A stretch of DNA of 64,000 nt from Chloroflexota bacterium (GTDB lineage: Bacteria; Chloroflexota; UBA11872; VXOZ01): NCBI GenBank assembly GCA_964291655.2, contig OZ219801.1, positions 544,001-608,000 on the forward strand. Reading direction: 5' to 3'. Shown here one piece after another: positions 30,398 through 40,508 of this stretch. A program made the translations under genes and the position numbers. Position 1 is the first letter of the stretch. Every line of letters begins with the position of its first letter. The notes beneath the pieces are model-generated. The model ran no database searches and was not told the DNA's origin. It worked only from the letters and a program-made list of their open reading frames with translations.

Positions 30398-31729
30398 ATG
30401 TCAGCACTACCCGCAATCCTGGGCGGCGAGCAGGCCGTCACGTTGGACCACGACTACTACGTGCAGTGGCCGATTTACACCGAGGAAGAGGTAGACGTCG
30501 TTTCAGATCTCATCCGCAATCATGCCCTCGCCAGCCAGTTCGGCGGGCCGGGGCCGATCACGGACTTGGAACGGCGGGTAGCAGAAACGTGGGGCGTTAA
30601 GCATGCCTTGGCGCATTCGTCAGGAACGGCATCGTTGCGGGCAGCGCTCTTCGGCGTTGGCGTCGGCAAGGGGGACGAGGTCATTTCGCAATCGGCCATC
30701 CATCCGTTCAACTGCTTGCCAATCGTCGGCAGTGGCGCGGTGCCGGTCTTTGCCGACATTGACCCGGTCACGCTCACCCTCGACCCCGCAGACGTGGAGC
30801 GTAAGATCACGCCCCGCACGAAAGCCATCATGGTCGTGCATTGGCCCGGCTGTCCGGCGGACATGGACTCAATCATGGACATCGCCGGCCGGCACGCATT
30901 GCGCGTCGTAGAAGACAATTGTATCTCCCAAGGAACGACTCATCGCGGACGCATGGCTGGATCTATCGGTGACGCCTCCGCCATCAGCTTTCAGCATGGC
31001 AAGTGCACGTCCGCCGGTGAGGGCGGCGTCTTCATGACCAACGACACGGAAGTCTACCAACGCGCTGCTTGCCTGGGGCACTACGAACGTTTACGCGAAT
31101 TGCCCAATCCCAAGTGGCGCGCGATGACCGGCTTCAGCTTTGGCGAGAAGTATCGCATGGCGACGTTAAGCGCCGCCATCGGCGCCGTCCAAATGAAATA
31201 CTGGAGAGATCGTCTTGCCGTGCGCCATGCGAACACCGACAAGCTGGGAGAAGCCATCGCTGCCATCGAAGGCTTCGCCGCACCGGATTTCCCCACTTAC
31301 TTTCCATCGCCGTACCAGAGCGGTCGCATCATGTTCGATCCCGAGAAACTCGGCGGCATCACTCGCACACGGCTGCTGGAGGTGCTGCAAGCCGAAGGGG
31401 CGCAGGTCTCGTCGCCCGCACAAAAGGACACACTCACTCCGCACGCGAACGGGCTTACCCACATGCTTCACAAGCATCCGGTTTTCCAGGGCAACGAACA
31501 CGGGACAGGAGACGTACTGTGGGAGGTTCTGGGTCCGAACGTTACAAGAATTGACTACAGCAGCGTCACGCTCCCCGTCACCGAGGATCCCGAAATACCC
31601 TACAATTCGATCCGTGTGCCCAGCTTCACCCGTCCGGCGGATGAATTGATCGACCAGTACGTGGCTGCCTTTGCCAAAGTGGCCGCCCACGCGGATGAAC
31701 TGAGCGGCGCGCTTGCCGAAGCCCGTTAG
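30398..31729 (+). CDS. DegT/DnrJ/EryC1/StrS family PLP aminotransferase
   Basis: SSGTASL, GDEVI, PVFADIDP, ITPRTKAIMVVH, SFQHGK (PLP Lys), GEGG. Confidence 0.92.
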   Translation: MSALPAILGGEQAVTLDHDYYVQWPIYTEEEVDVVSDLIRNHALASQFGGPGPITDLERRVAETWGVKHALAHSSGTASLRAALFGVGVGKGDEVISQSAIHPFNCLPIVGSGAVPVFADIDPVTLTLDPADVERKITPRTKAIMVVHWPGCPADMDSIMDIAGRHALRVVEDNCISQGTTHRGRMAGSIGDASAISFQHGKCTSAGEGGVFMTNDTEVYQRAACLGHYERLRELPNPKWRAMTGFSFGEKYRMATLSAAIGAVQMKYWRDRLAVRHANTDKLGEAIAAIEGFAAPDFPTYFPSPYQSGRIMFDPEKLGGITRTRLLEVLQAEGAQVSSPAQKDTLTPHANGLTHMLHKHPVFQGNEHGTGDVLWEVLGPNVTRIDYSSVTLPVTEDPEIPYNSIRVPSFTRPADELIDQYVAAFAKVAAHADELSGALAEAR

Positions 31730-32009
31730 GGGAAAATACCAGCAGAGCAGGCTCGTTGATTCCACGCAGCGCGGGGTTTGTCCCCACTGTAATCGCATCA
31801 ACCGCCGGGGTGAAGAACATGCGGTTTTCGATGCCCTGCCCGGTAGCGCAGGCCCTTCGACAAGCTCAGGACACGTTTGTAACCTCGTATCAAGTACGGG
31901 GCAGGCTCTGCGACTGAGTCCTCCAGTTGGGACGCGTTCCTTCTGGTTGCATGTATTGCTTCATTGCCGCAACGCTGCATATTCCCCTCACCCCGGCCCT
32001 CTCCCCTAG

Positions 32010-32553
32010 GAGACCTTTGCGAAACTCAAGCGGTAGTGAATTAGTTATCTCTCCCTCAACGGGAGAGGGCTAGGGTGAGGGTGAATCTCCTGAAATCTGT
32101 CCATATGCACACCGATTCTGATGCACACCGATTCTGCCCTGTTACGTCTTGACACTGCCCAAGATAAAGGGCCATCGTAGCAAGAAGACCCCCTCACCCC
32201 AACCCTCTCCCCTGTATAGACCGGGGACATGGGTAACAGTTGTTCGGGCTCATAGGTAACACCATAGAACGAGGGGGTTTTCGTAGTATGCGATGTCCTT
32301 GCCTTGAAAGTTAGATCCACTCAATATCCTTATGCACACTGTTTGTTTCTCTGGCACAAGCTGACAGGCGGAAAGTGAGTGCACTGTGTCGCCAGTCTCT
32401 TATCAAACCCGGACCAACCCAATGCTCTCGTAGGTGTCAATCAGTAAAATGTGTAACCCATGTCCCCGAACAACTGTTACCTATGTCCCCGGTCTGTACA
32501 TCCCCCAGGAGAGGGAGTGCCCCTGCTTGAAAGTGGGGTTATGCAAAGGTCTC
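32010..32553. mobile_element. Putative non-autonomous IS5-family-like MITE (TIR GAGACCTTTGC)
   Basis: GAGACCTTTGC at 32010 and GCAAAGGTCTC ending at 32553; near-duplicated flanks CCTAG/CCCAG; interrupts a REP hairpin. Confidence 0.55.
32213..32500. mobile_element. IS481-family-like MITE (288 bp)
   Basis: 50-bp TIRs with TGT...ACA ends (44/50 identical), 5-bp TSD TCCCC, no transposase ORF. Confidence 0.85.
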
Positions 32554-32790
32554 CCCAGGGAGAGGGAGCAATACCCGCCTCTGGAGAAGAGGTGATACGC
32601 GTTCCCGCGTAGGGAATGCCAAGCGTCCCCCTTCGCTCTTAGTGCGACAACACTGGGGCTTGTCCCGCGCTCTTTTGCCGACCCTGTGACGACGCTATCG
32701 AATCGGCCGACTATGTTCGCTCTTGAAGTCTGCTCGTGAGGACTAATAGCACGACTCCCTCTGCAGCGAGTGAGCAGCCGCAAACCCGTG

Positions 32791-33965
32791 TCACTCAATC
32801 ACTGCAACTGACTCTCGTCTTGGCCGCTCGCGCTTCCCATTGAGCATCGTGCCAATGGGCGTGTAGCGCACGCCAAGCTGATACGTGGCGAGCAAAACTG
32901 CGGTCACAGTGACGCAGATCAGCACAAACTTAAGATGCGGGCTTATGGGCCAATCCAGTACGATGCGCTGGGCGAAGACGATGAGCGGCAGGTGCCACAA
33001 ATAGAGCCAGTAGGATGAGTCCGACACGTAGCGCACCCAGGGCCGTTCCCGCGAGGCAATCAAGCGAAAGAGGCCGATCAATCCAAAGCACAGCAGCCAC
33101 GCATACACAACCTGGAACACGGTCGAGACCGGCAATACCCACGCAACCTCCTCTTCAGGAAACAGCAGGACAAAGGCGACCGGGAATACCAATAAGAGCG
33201 CCGGCAGCAGTCCCAACGCCCACCAGCGGCGCATTATGAAGCGACGCCGGTAGAAGAACGCGCCAAAAAAGAAGAAGCAGGCGTAGTAGCCCACTACAAG
33301 CGGTTGTGGGACCAGTCCGCCTGGCGTATCGGGGCCGACAATCGGCTCATGCATGAAAAACTGCGGCGCCAGCGCAAGGGGCACCAACAACCACCAGAGC
33401 ACGGGGTGGGAAAACTGCACACCCAACCGCGCGAGCACAAGAAAGGCGGCGCCCAGCCAGAGGAGTATCCAGAGAAACCACAGGTGGTGAAAGCCGTACA
33501 GCCAGTAGAACGGCCAAAAGCCAAAACTAAACTCGCTCCCAATGAAGGCCCATGAGTTCACCGGAATCACAGTGATGCAGCACAAGGCAAGAGGGAGTGC
33601 GATGCGCTTCCCACGATGCAACGCGAGTTGGCGCAGCCCGCGCCGCTCCCAGAGCATGGCGGTAAAGAACCCGCTGAGCAGAAAGAAGACCGGCATGCGA
33701 AAGCCGTGAATCACGTTGAATCCAATCCAGTACACAAGTGCAGGTGGATCGGAATGCTGGATCGGCCAAGCATCGGGGATGAGAAAGAGAAACGCGTGCA
33801 AGACTATGCCCAAGAGCATGGCCCCGGCGCGCAGGGCGTCAAGTTCGTGGAAGCGCGGACTCGAGGGTTTGGAGCAGGAGGAGTACTCTTGCTTTCAGGC
33901 GCGCCCGCCACAACCCCCGCTTGCTGTGTGGCGTCGCTGCCTTCAGCAGACGTCAGTTGCGGCAT
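32791..33965 (-). CDS. Acyltransferase 3 family membrane protein (OpgC/MdoC-like), 1-nt frameshift near 33868
   Basis: RFHELDALRAGAMLLGIVLH, HGFRMPVFFLLSGFF, HLWFL, SDSSYWLYLWH. The N-terminus lies in a different frame starting at ATG 33965. Confidence 0.85.
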
Positions 33966-34052
33966 GGCACAACAACTGTCGCGAGAACAAGCCATTCAAC
34001 GTGGAGGATACGATGACGTTGGACCAAGAACGAGGCTCTCGGCATGTGTCCT

Positions 34053-34919
34053 CTATTCTCGCTCACTCTCGTCTAACCCCAATAGCCGCGCTCCGTTATC
34101 CCAGAGTAATGCACGGCGTTCCTTTCCACTCAGTTGCGCCTCTTCCATGTGCTTGAGGGCTCGTCGCTGCGGCATGAGCGGGTAGTCACTCCCAAATAGC
34201 ACCCGTGAACCCACCAGTTGCGATCCAATCCGATATGTCTGCGGGGAATAGAGGTAGGGCGTGGCTGCGGTGTCATAGTACGTGTTGACCGCTAGCGATC
34301 CAACCTCCGGCATTAGTTCGTAGAATGCCAAGCCCCCTCCCCAGTGGGCGAGGACTATAGATATCTCTTGCGCCGCTGTCAAGAATTGGGCCAGCTTCTC
34401 CGGCGTGGCTTCACCTTTACCGGGATAGCTATGCCCCACCGGCTCACTGGCATGCAAGAGCAGAACCATGCCGTGGTCTTGGCACGCCTCGATGACGGGT
34501 TGCATCGTACGCTCATCGGTTATGTCAAATCCCTGTCCGTCGGCGTTGAGCTCGCCGACCCCGCGAAAGCCCAGCGCCGCGCAACGCGCAATTTCCTGGG
34601 CAGCGCTCGGATCGCCCGGCACGACCGCACAGAAAGGCACAATCTGGCGATACGGCCTGAGAGCTTCTAGAATAGAGTCGTTCGTTTCGCGGCAGAGTCC
34701 TGGGTCGCGCCAGCCGAAATTGAGTGCCACTGCCGCGGCAATGCTGTCCCGGTCCATTGCCTGCGCGAGGTCGTCGGCGGTTGCCAGCCGGCTCTGCGGG
34801 GCCGCATAGAGCGACTGAAACCAGGGCTCGTCGGCAAAATATTGCTCGCGCGCCTTTACAATTTCTGCGGGAAAGACATGAGTGTGAAAGTCAAGGACGC
34901 GCTCGCCGTCTATTTGCAC
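34053..34919 (-). CDS. Amidohydrolase_2 family metallohydrolase
   Basis: LDFHTH, GFRGVGEL, LLLHASEPVGH, LAHWGGG, YYDTAA, FGSDYP. Confidence 0.9.
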   Translation of the reverse strand: MQIDGERVLDFHTHVFPAEIVKAREQYFADEPWFQSLYAAPQSRLATADDLAQAMDRDSIAAAVALNFGWRDPGLCRETNDSILEALRPYRQIVPFCAVVPGDPSAAQEIARCAALGFRGVGELNADGQGFDITDERTMQPVIEACQDHGMVLLLHASEPVGHSYPGKGEATPEKLAQFLTAAQEISIVLAHWGGGLAFYELMPEVGSLAVNTYYDTAATPYLYSPQTYRIGSQLVGSRVLFGSDYPLMPQRRALKHMEEAQLSGKERRALLWDNGARLLGLDESERE

Positions 34920-36083
34920 ATTCCCTTCTGCCGCGTACGGTGTCCGTACTGCGATTTTAACACGTACTCCGGCATGCAGTCGCTCATACCGGCATACGTG
35001 GAGGCACTATGCCGCGTCATTGCGCGCGAAGGTGCGGCCAGCGGATTCCAGGCTGCGCGCACCGTCTACTTCGGTGGCGGCACGCCCTCGCTGCTAGAAC
35101 CCCAACACGTTGCCCAGATTCTCAAAGCAGTAGATGCCGTCTTGCCACTAACCGCCGATTGCGAGATTACGCTTGAAGCCAATCCGGTAACGGCGGATGT
35201 CGAGCGCTTTGCCGGATTTCGCGCTGCCGGGGTCAATCGCCTTTCGTTCGGCGTCCAGAGTTTGAACGACCGTCTGCTGAAGGTGCTCGGTCGCGACCAT
35301 AGTGCCGAGCAAGCGAAACGCGGCCTACTCATTGCACGACAAGCCGGTTTTGAGAACGTCAGCCTCGATCTGATGTACGCCGTGCCGAATCAATCGCTCG
35401 CCGACTGGCAACACGACGTTGAACAAGCCCTTGCGCTTGCGCCGGAGCACCTGTCGCTCTACTGCCTCACCGTGGAACCCGCCACACCCTATGCACGCTG
35501 GGTAGCCAACGGCCGGATTAAACTCCCTGCCGATGACATTGCCGCTGACATGTACGCCTCTGCACGCGAGCGCTTGGCGGGCGCCGGCTACGAACACTAC
35601 GAAATCTCCAACTGGGCCTTGCCGGATAGGGAAGGCGAGCACAACTCAATCTATTGGCGCTATGAGCCGTATTTGGGCCTCGGGGCCGGTGCGCACGGCT
35701 ACCTGCACGACATGCGCACCGAAGAGATTCGTGCGCCCCGTACGTACATCGAACGTGCGTTCAGTGGAGAATCGACTGTGCTGCATCAAGAAGATATCTC
35801 GCAAGCCACCGCTATGGAAGAGACCGTCTTCCTCAACCTGCGTCTGTTGCAGCGGGGCATCTTGCGTCAAGAGTTCGCAGTTCGCTTTGAAGCAGATCCC
35901 ATCACTCTGCTCGGAGGAGTGGTGGAGGAACTGATCCACGCTGATCTGATGTCCGTCGACGAGAAAAGCATCCGCCTCACACCAAACGGATATTTTCTGG
36001 CGAACGAAGTCTGTGTGCGGCTCATTGCCGCATTAGAATCTGGTGCACAACGGCTGCGTCTGATGCAACTCGCGAGACGTTAG
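34878..36083 (+). CDS. hemW: Radical SAM heme chaperone HemW (HemN-like)
   Basis: YLHIPFCRVRCPYCDFN, YFGGGTPS, EITLEANP, HYEISNW, HNSIYW, GLGAGAHG. Confidence 0.92.
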   Translation: MSVKVKDALAVYLHIPFCRVRCPYCDFNTYSGMQSLIPAYVEALCRVIAREGAASGFQAARTVYFGGGTPSLLEPQHVAQILKAVDAVLPLTADCEITLEANPVTADVERFAGFRAAGVNRLSFGVQSLNDRLLKVLGRDHSAEQAKRGLLIARQAGFENVSLDLMYAVPNQSLADWQHDVEQALALAPEHLSLYCLTVEPATPYARWVANGRIKLPADDIAADMYASARERLAGAGYEHYEISNWALPDREGEHNSIYWRYEPYLGLGAGAHGYLHDMRTEEIRAPRTYIERAFSGESTVLHQEDISQATAMEETVFLNLRLLQRGILRQEFAVRFEADPITLLGGVVEELIHADLMSVDEKSIRLTPNGYFLANEVCVRLIAALESGAQRLRLMQLARR

Positions 36084-36174
36084 AGCCAGTGCTGCACGCT
36101 CTGCCCACTGGGTTGATTCTAGATTTGCTTTTGAAGTGTGCACTGGGAGTCCCAACTCGCCAGGAGATCTTTGG

Positions 36175-37434
36175 TCAGGAGACAGTAGCCTGCCTGGGAT
36201 CGCGAGGGGAAGACGCGCTCCCTGCGGGCGGATTCCCGGCGACCTTCTTCTTTTCAAAGTGCTGGACCACCAGCAGTCCAATTGTCGCAACGATCACTAT
36301 GACGATCGCACCGTGAACGAATCGGATCGCGCCCGGAGGAAACGTGTCCCACAGTGCCCCGACGGCTATCGTGAAGCCCATGACACCAAGGATGACGTAC
36401 GCGACGAGCATACTGGTCTGCGATCCCTTAGATCGAGCTTGAGCTATGAAGAACGCTATGATGGCGTACACGATTGCGCAAGAGACTGCGGTCAAACCGG
36501 CCCGCAAGAAGTGCTCCCACATCTCTATACCAGGCACGTCCCTGGCCCCCCACCAGAGCGCATCCAGAATCTCAACCGCAACTATTGCTATGAGGACGTA
36601 AACGACGCGGCGCGCCGCGTGGCAGATCCGGGCCAATCCGATAACGACAAGGGACAAATAGCCGCCGTACGTCCCACAGATTCCAACGCCGACCAACGAA
36701 AACATTGCCCGCCGCAGCTCGTTGGGGCCGCCCGCGAAGTCGGTCCATACCTGCCAAATCATGATGGACAACCCCACACATAAGAAGGCCGCCCATAGCA
36801 CCGGCAGGAATGACAGAGCCTGCCACAGTGCGCCTGCCCGGTCACGGTAGCTGAGGGCGAGATAGGCATTGGCAACCACACTGAGCATGATGCCTATTAT
36901 GATCAACATGGTGAAAAACAGGTCTTCGAGGTTCAAGAACGAGAGATCGAACCGGAGCGAAATCAGTCCGAGGACGGCCCATGCGAGGATGCCCGCGGCG
37001 GCAATCCAAATGAAGAGCGGTGTCACAATCCCCATGAACCCACCGGACGAATCAACTCTCAAAAAGCGCGAATATCTGCTCCAGTCCTTGTCTGAAGACG
37101 CCGCAGCGCCCTGCGTGCTCGGTTGGGTATCGTCCTTCTTTGCCGCCTCCGAAAATGCTTCGCTTGGGGGCGGCTTGGCGGCCTCTCTTGGAATCTCTGG
37201 GGCACTGGCACTACGCTGCTGGCCAGCTGTCGCACTTTCAAGATCCTTGTGCGGCGGCCGACCAATCTCTTTGGCCGTCACCTGGGCATCTTCGCCACGC
37301 GGTTGCCGCGTAGGTTCGGCTTCCGCCGCCCGAGCCTCACGCTGTTGCGTTGGCGAGCCGCATTGCGCACAGAATTTGGCGCCTGCATTCAACTCGCTGC
37401 CACAGTTTGTGCAGTATTTGTCAATGCGTTTCAT
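36175..37434 (-). CDS. Zinc-ribbon domain multi-pass membrane protein
   Basis: CTNCG...FCAQCG at the N-terminus, low-complexity linker, about 9 hydrophobic segments. Confidence 0.7.
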   Translation of the reverse strand: MKRIDKYCTNCGSELNAGAKFCAQCGSPTQQREARAAEAEPTRQPRGEDAQVTAKEIGRPPHKDLESATAGQQRSASAPEIPREAAKPPPSEAFSEAAKKDDTQPSTQGAAASSDKDWSRYSRFLRVDSSGGFMGIVTPLFIWIAAAGILAWAVLGLISLRFDLSFLNLEDLFFTMLIIIGIMLSVVANAYLALSYRDRAGALWQALSFLPVLWAAFLCVGLSIMIWQVWTDFAGGPNELRRAMFSLVGVGICGTYGGYLSLVVIGLARICHAARRVVYVLIAIVAVEILDALWWGARDVPGIEMWEHFLRAGLTAVSCAIVYAIIAFFIAQARSKGSQTSMLVAYVILGVMGFTIAVGALWDTFPPGAIRFVHGAIVIVIVATIGLLVVQHFEKKKVAGNPPAGSASSPRDPRQATVS

Positions 37435-37685
37435 GCGGCTACCATCTTCCCTTCTATCTGGCTCAGAACCTTGTTGCCACTTGCAATTAATGGCTTGCAA
37501 TGCTGACATCCAGTAGTATAAGACACACCGTGTGTTTTAGTAAATTTTGGCTTTGTGCAAACCTCTCTGCGGAGCGTCGCCAACCTTAGAAGTAACCTTC
37601 GTGCCCGAGAAACTGTGCACATTGAAGTGACCTTCAGTATTGACATTGCTGGAACTAAATGCCGCTGACTTTGGAGGCAGTTGCC

Positions 37686-38531
37686 ATGCTTCGCTATGTG
37701 TTGGGGTTCATGCTTGCGGTCGTCATCGTCACCGCAGGTGTCGTCGCGGTCGTCGTCTTGTACGACCTGGAAACACCCGCATCACGGCCCGAGGACGTTC
37801 AGGAATCTGCGAGCCGCGGCGCCGACTCTGCACCATCGACTCCCCGACCGGCGCCCAAGTCCGCACCCGTGATACCAACCCCAGCGCCGACAGTCGTGCC
37901 GCTGCCAACGCTGCCGCCTGTGCCTAAAGCCACGCCCTATCCTGCCGGCGACCCGGAGCTCTACGGTGCAATCTGGCGGGGTTCCAGAGATGCGGCAACA
38001 TTGCAGGCTCTCGTCGACGAAGGCAGAGAGGTGAACGCTAGCAACGACCAAGGCGATCCATTCCTATATACGGCGATTTGGCGGGCCTCCCCGGAGAAAT
38101 TGAAGATTCTCGTGGACGCCGGTGCAGATGTCAATGCGCGCAATAGCAATAATGATCCGATGCTTTACACCGCGATTTGGCGAGACAAGATCGAAGCGCT
38201 GCGCATTCTGGTGGAAGCCGGCGCGGATGTGAACGCGCGAGACAATGACAACAATCCGCTTCTCTACACCGCGATTGGGTATGAAAAGAACGAGGCGTTG
38301 CAGATTCTCATAGGCGCAGGTGCAGACATAAACGCGCGCGACCACAACAACGATCCGATGCTGTACGCTGCGATTCGATGGGACAATATCGAAGCTCTAC
38401 GGATACTCGTCGTTGCCGGGGCGGACGTGAATGCCAGATTAGCCGATGGCCGTTCTCTCCTGGCGGCGGCGAGTCTTCAAGGCACGCCTGAATCCGTACA
38501 GATCCTGATTGGCGCGGGCGCAGATGAATAA
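37686..38531 (+). CDS. Membrane-anchored ankyrin repeat protein
   Basis: N-terminal TM, Pro-rich linker, about five 33-aa repeats (NARxxNNDPxLYTAIW...LRILVxAGADV); RBS GGAGG. Confidence 0.92.
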   Translation: MLRYVLGFMLAVVIVTAGVVAVVVLYDLETPASRPEDVQESASRGADSAPSTPRPAPKSAPVIPTPAPTVVPLPTLPPVPKATPYPAGDPELYGAIWRGSRDAATLQALVDEGREVNASNDQGDPFLYTAIWRASPEKLKILVDAGADVNARNSNNDPMLYTAIWRDKIEALRILVEAGADVNARDNDNNPLLYTAIGYEKNEALQILIGAGADINARDHNNDPMLYAAIRWDNIEALRILVVAGADVNARLADGRSLLAAASLQGTPESVQILIGAGADE

Positions 38532-39108
38532 CTGGAGGTTTCCCAATGAGCGAGCCCTGGAGACGATTTCGATCAAACTGAAGACGGGCTACGTCAAGAC
38601 CCTAGTTTGCTCGGTGGCGATCCTTGGCCACATGGCTAGCCGGTCCGACGGGTGTGCACCTCCCAGTAGAATCTTACCGACGGTTCCTTGCGACAGTCTC
38701 TCAAAACCCAAAGCTAGCGGAGGTCTCTCGCGGTAGAGCGCCTAATCCATCACATGGTTCACCCGTCGCCCTTGCCACCGACTTGCCCAGTTCGGCCGGA
38801 AAGAGGCTAATATGGGGCATCATGCCATTTGTGCGACCAAGTGACAACCTACTTAAGTCCGCTGGGATCTCGGTCGGCACTCTGTCCGCCTCAGTGAGTT
38901 TGTTACGGTACTGCCAGCTTGATACTATTGCCTGCAAGACTTCTACTCATACACTTTCCACTCTTCGATCTAGACAGCGAGGATTTCTTGAGAGTGCAGG
39001 ATAAGAGTACATAGAGACTAAGGAGGAGATTGGCGAAAGCAAAACTGTAAAGCATAAAGAAGAGCGTAGTCTATTTGCATTGCAACGACAAACTAAAGGA
39101 GGAAACCA

Positions 39109-39495
39109 ATGGCCGTATTCTTGCACACTCGCGTACGTGTGAGCGACTTGGACAACTCGATCAATTTCTATTGCGAACACCTCGGTTTCAAAGTCATAAG
39201 CCGGAGCGAGCGCTCTCCCGACGGCAACCAAATTGCCCATCTTGAGCTGCCCGGTAACCTGCATACTCTGGAGCTTACATACTCTGACGACTACGACCTC
39301 AACGTGCCCGAGGACCTCATGCACTTCGCCATCGGCGTGCCCGACCTGATTGCATTCTGCGCCGAGCTAGAAGGTAAAGGCATTGAGATTTGGCCCGACG
39401 GCTGGCGCGAAACGTTCGCCGAGGGGAGAAAGATGGGGTTCATCGACGATCCCGACGGGTACGAAATAGAGTTGCTCGAACGAAACGACGCGTGA
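39109..39495 (+). CDS. VOC family protein (lactoylglutathione lyase-like)
   Basis: FLHTRVRVSDLDNSINFY, LELTY, HFAIGV, FIDDPDGYEIELL. Confidence 0.9.
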   Translation: MAVFLHTRVRVSDLDNSINFYCEHLGFKVISRSERSPDGNQIAHLELPGNLHTLELTYSDDYDLNVPEDLMHFAIGVPDLIAFCAELEGKGIEIWPDGWRETFAEGRKMGFIDDPDGYEIELLERNDA

Positions 39496-39770
39496 ACCGG
39501 CTGATTCTCCCTCGCTTAGCCAGCAAGACTTGGTTGCCAAATGCTGCAATTATGTAGAGGTGCGGTGCTCCCAAGAATGCTCTTGGCGCACCTCGAGCGC
39601 GTGGTGAACTGCGTTGTATCGCGAGGTGCGCGTTCTCTTCGTATTGCAAAAACGCAGGTATGGCCGTCATGCCACCCGGTCACTGGGCTGAGGCCTTCCG
39701 CCCGTGCCGGTTGCGACTCGCGCACCTGACACACGCACGACACCAAACTGTCTTGAACTCGCACGAGGCT

Positions 39771-40292
39771 CTAGAGCAACATCTCCGGCGCGGCCTCGGC
39801 ATACCAATTCTGATCGGCAAAGTGGCGGGTCTCCTCCAAACCGGTTGCTGTCGCCAAAATGGCCTCCATCGTATGTCCCGTGACGGGATGTTCCAAGAGA
39901 GGTGCGATCTCCGTCAATGGACACAGGGTGAAGCCGCGCTCAGACAGCCGCGGGTGTGGAATCGTGAGGGCTGCGGAATCAATCTTCAGTTCGCCATAGA
40001 GCAGAATGTCTACATCCAACGTGCGCGGCGCATTAGGGAAGGACCGCACGCGCCCGAGTGCTACTTCTGTCTCCAATGCCAGCTTGAGCAGCGCTTCAGC
40101 GCTCAGTTCCGTATACCCTTCAAGCACAGCGTTGAGAAACCACGGTTGCTCGGCGTGGCCGACCGGTTCGGTTTCGTAGACTGAGGAAACCCGCGTAAGC
40201 ATGACTCTCGCGTGTAACCGCTGCGCGGCGCCGCGCAAGTTCGCGAGTCTGTCGCCGCGATTGCTCCCAAGACCTAAGTAAACAACCGGCAT
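39771..40292 (-). CDS. folK: 2-amino-4-hydroxy-6-hydroxymethyldihydropteridine diphosphokinase
   Basis: YLGLGSN, SSVYETEP, FLNAV, PRTLDVDIL, LTIPHPR. Confidence 0.96.
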   Translation of the reverse strand: MPVVYLGLGSNRGDRLANLRGAAQRLHARVMLTRVSSVYETEPVGHAEQPWFLNAVLEGYTELSAEALLKLALETEVALGRVRSFPNAPRTLDVDILLYGELKIDSAALTIPHPRLSERGFTLCPLTEIAPLLEHPVTGHTMEAILATATGLEETRHFADQNWYAEAAPEMLL

Positions 40293-40508
40293 AGCCTATT
40301 CCCCAGTTCCTTGCGGTCATCGACGCTAGCACTGCCGCCACCAATGGGCAATTGACCACATCACATGGGCGGCGATGGCGAAGGCAGATGTCTTGCGCCT
40401 TCAACAAGACTCTAAGTCAAATGCCGCAGGACGTGCCCGGAGCTTTCCGGTTCATCCGCCGGTTGCGATTACTCACCCATGCAGCTAACGCGTGAGACCA
40501 AATGGCGG

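Larger units (their letters stand above)
31984..32566. repeat. Cluster of CCCTCACCCC-N2-CCCTCTCCC...GGGAGAGGG REP-like palindromes
   Basis: Copies at 31984 (split), 32048-32082 (inverted) and 32189 (split); another at 59840-59875. Confidence 0.8.

Noticed and set aside
34878-36083. Radical SAM enzyme as RiPP maturase for the double-Gly precursor
   Set aside because: It has housekeeping HemW motifs, no RRE or SPASM domain, and is 14 kb away.
38532-39108. Possible ncRNA or riboswitch in the long intergenic region
   Set aside because: No recognisable conserved motif; a covariance-model search would be needed.
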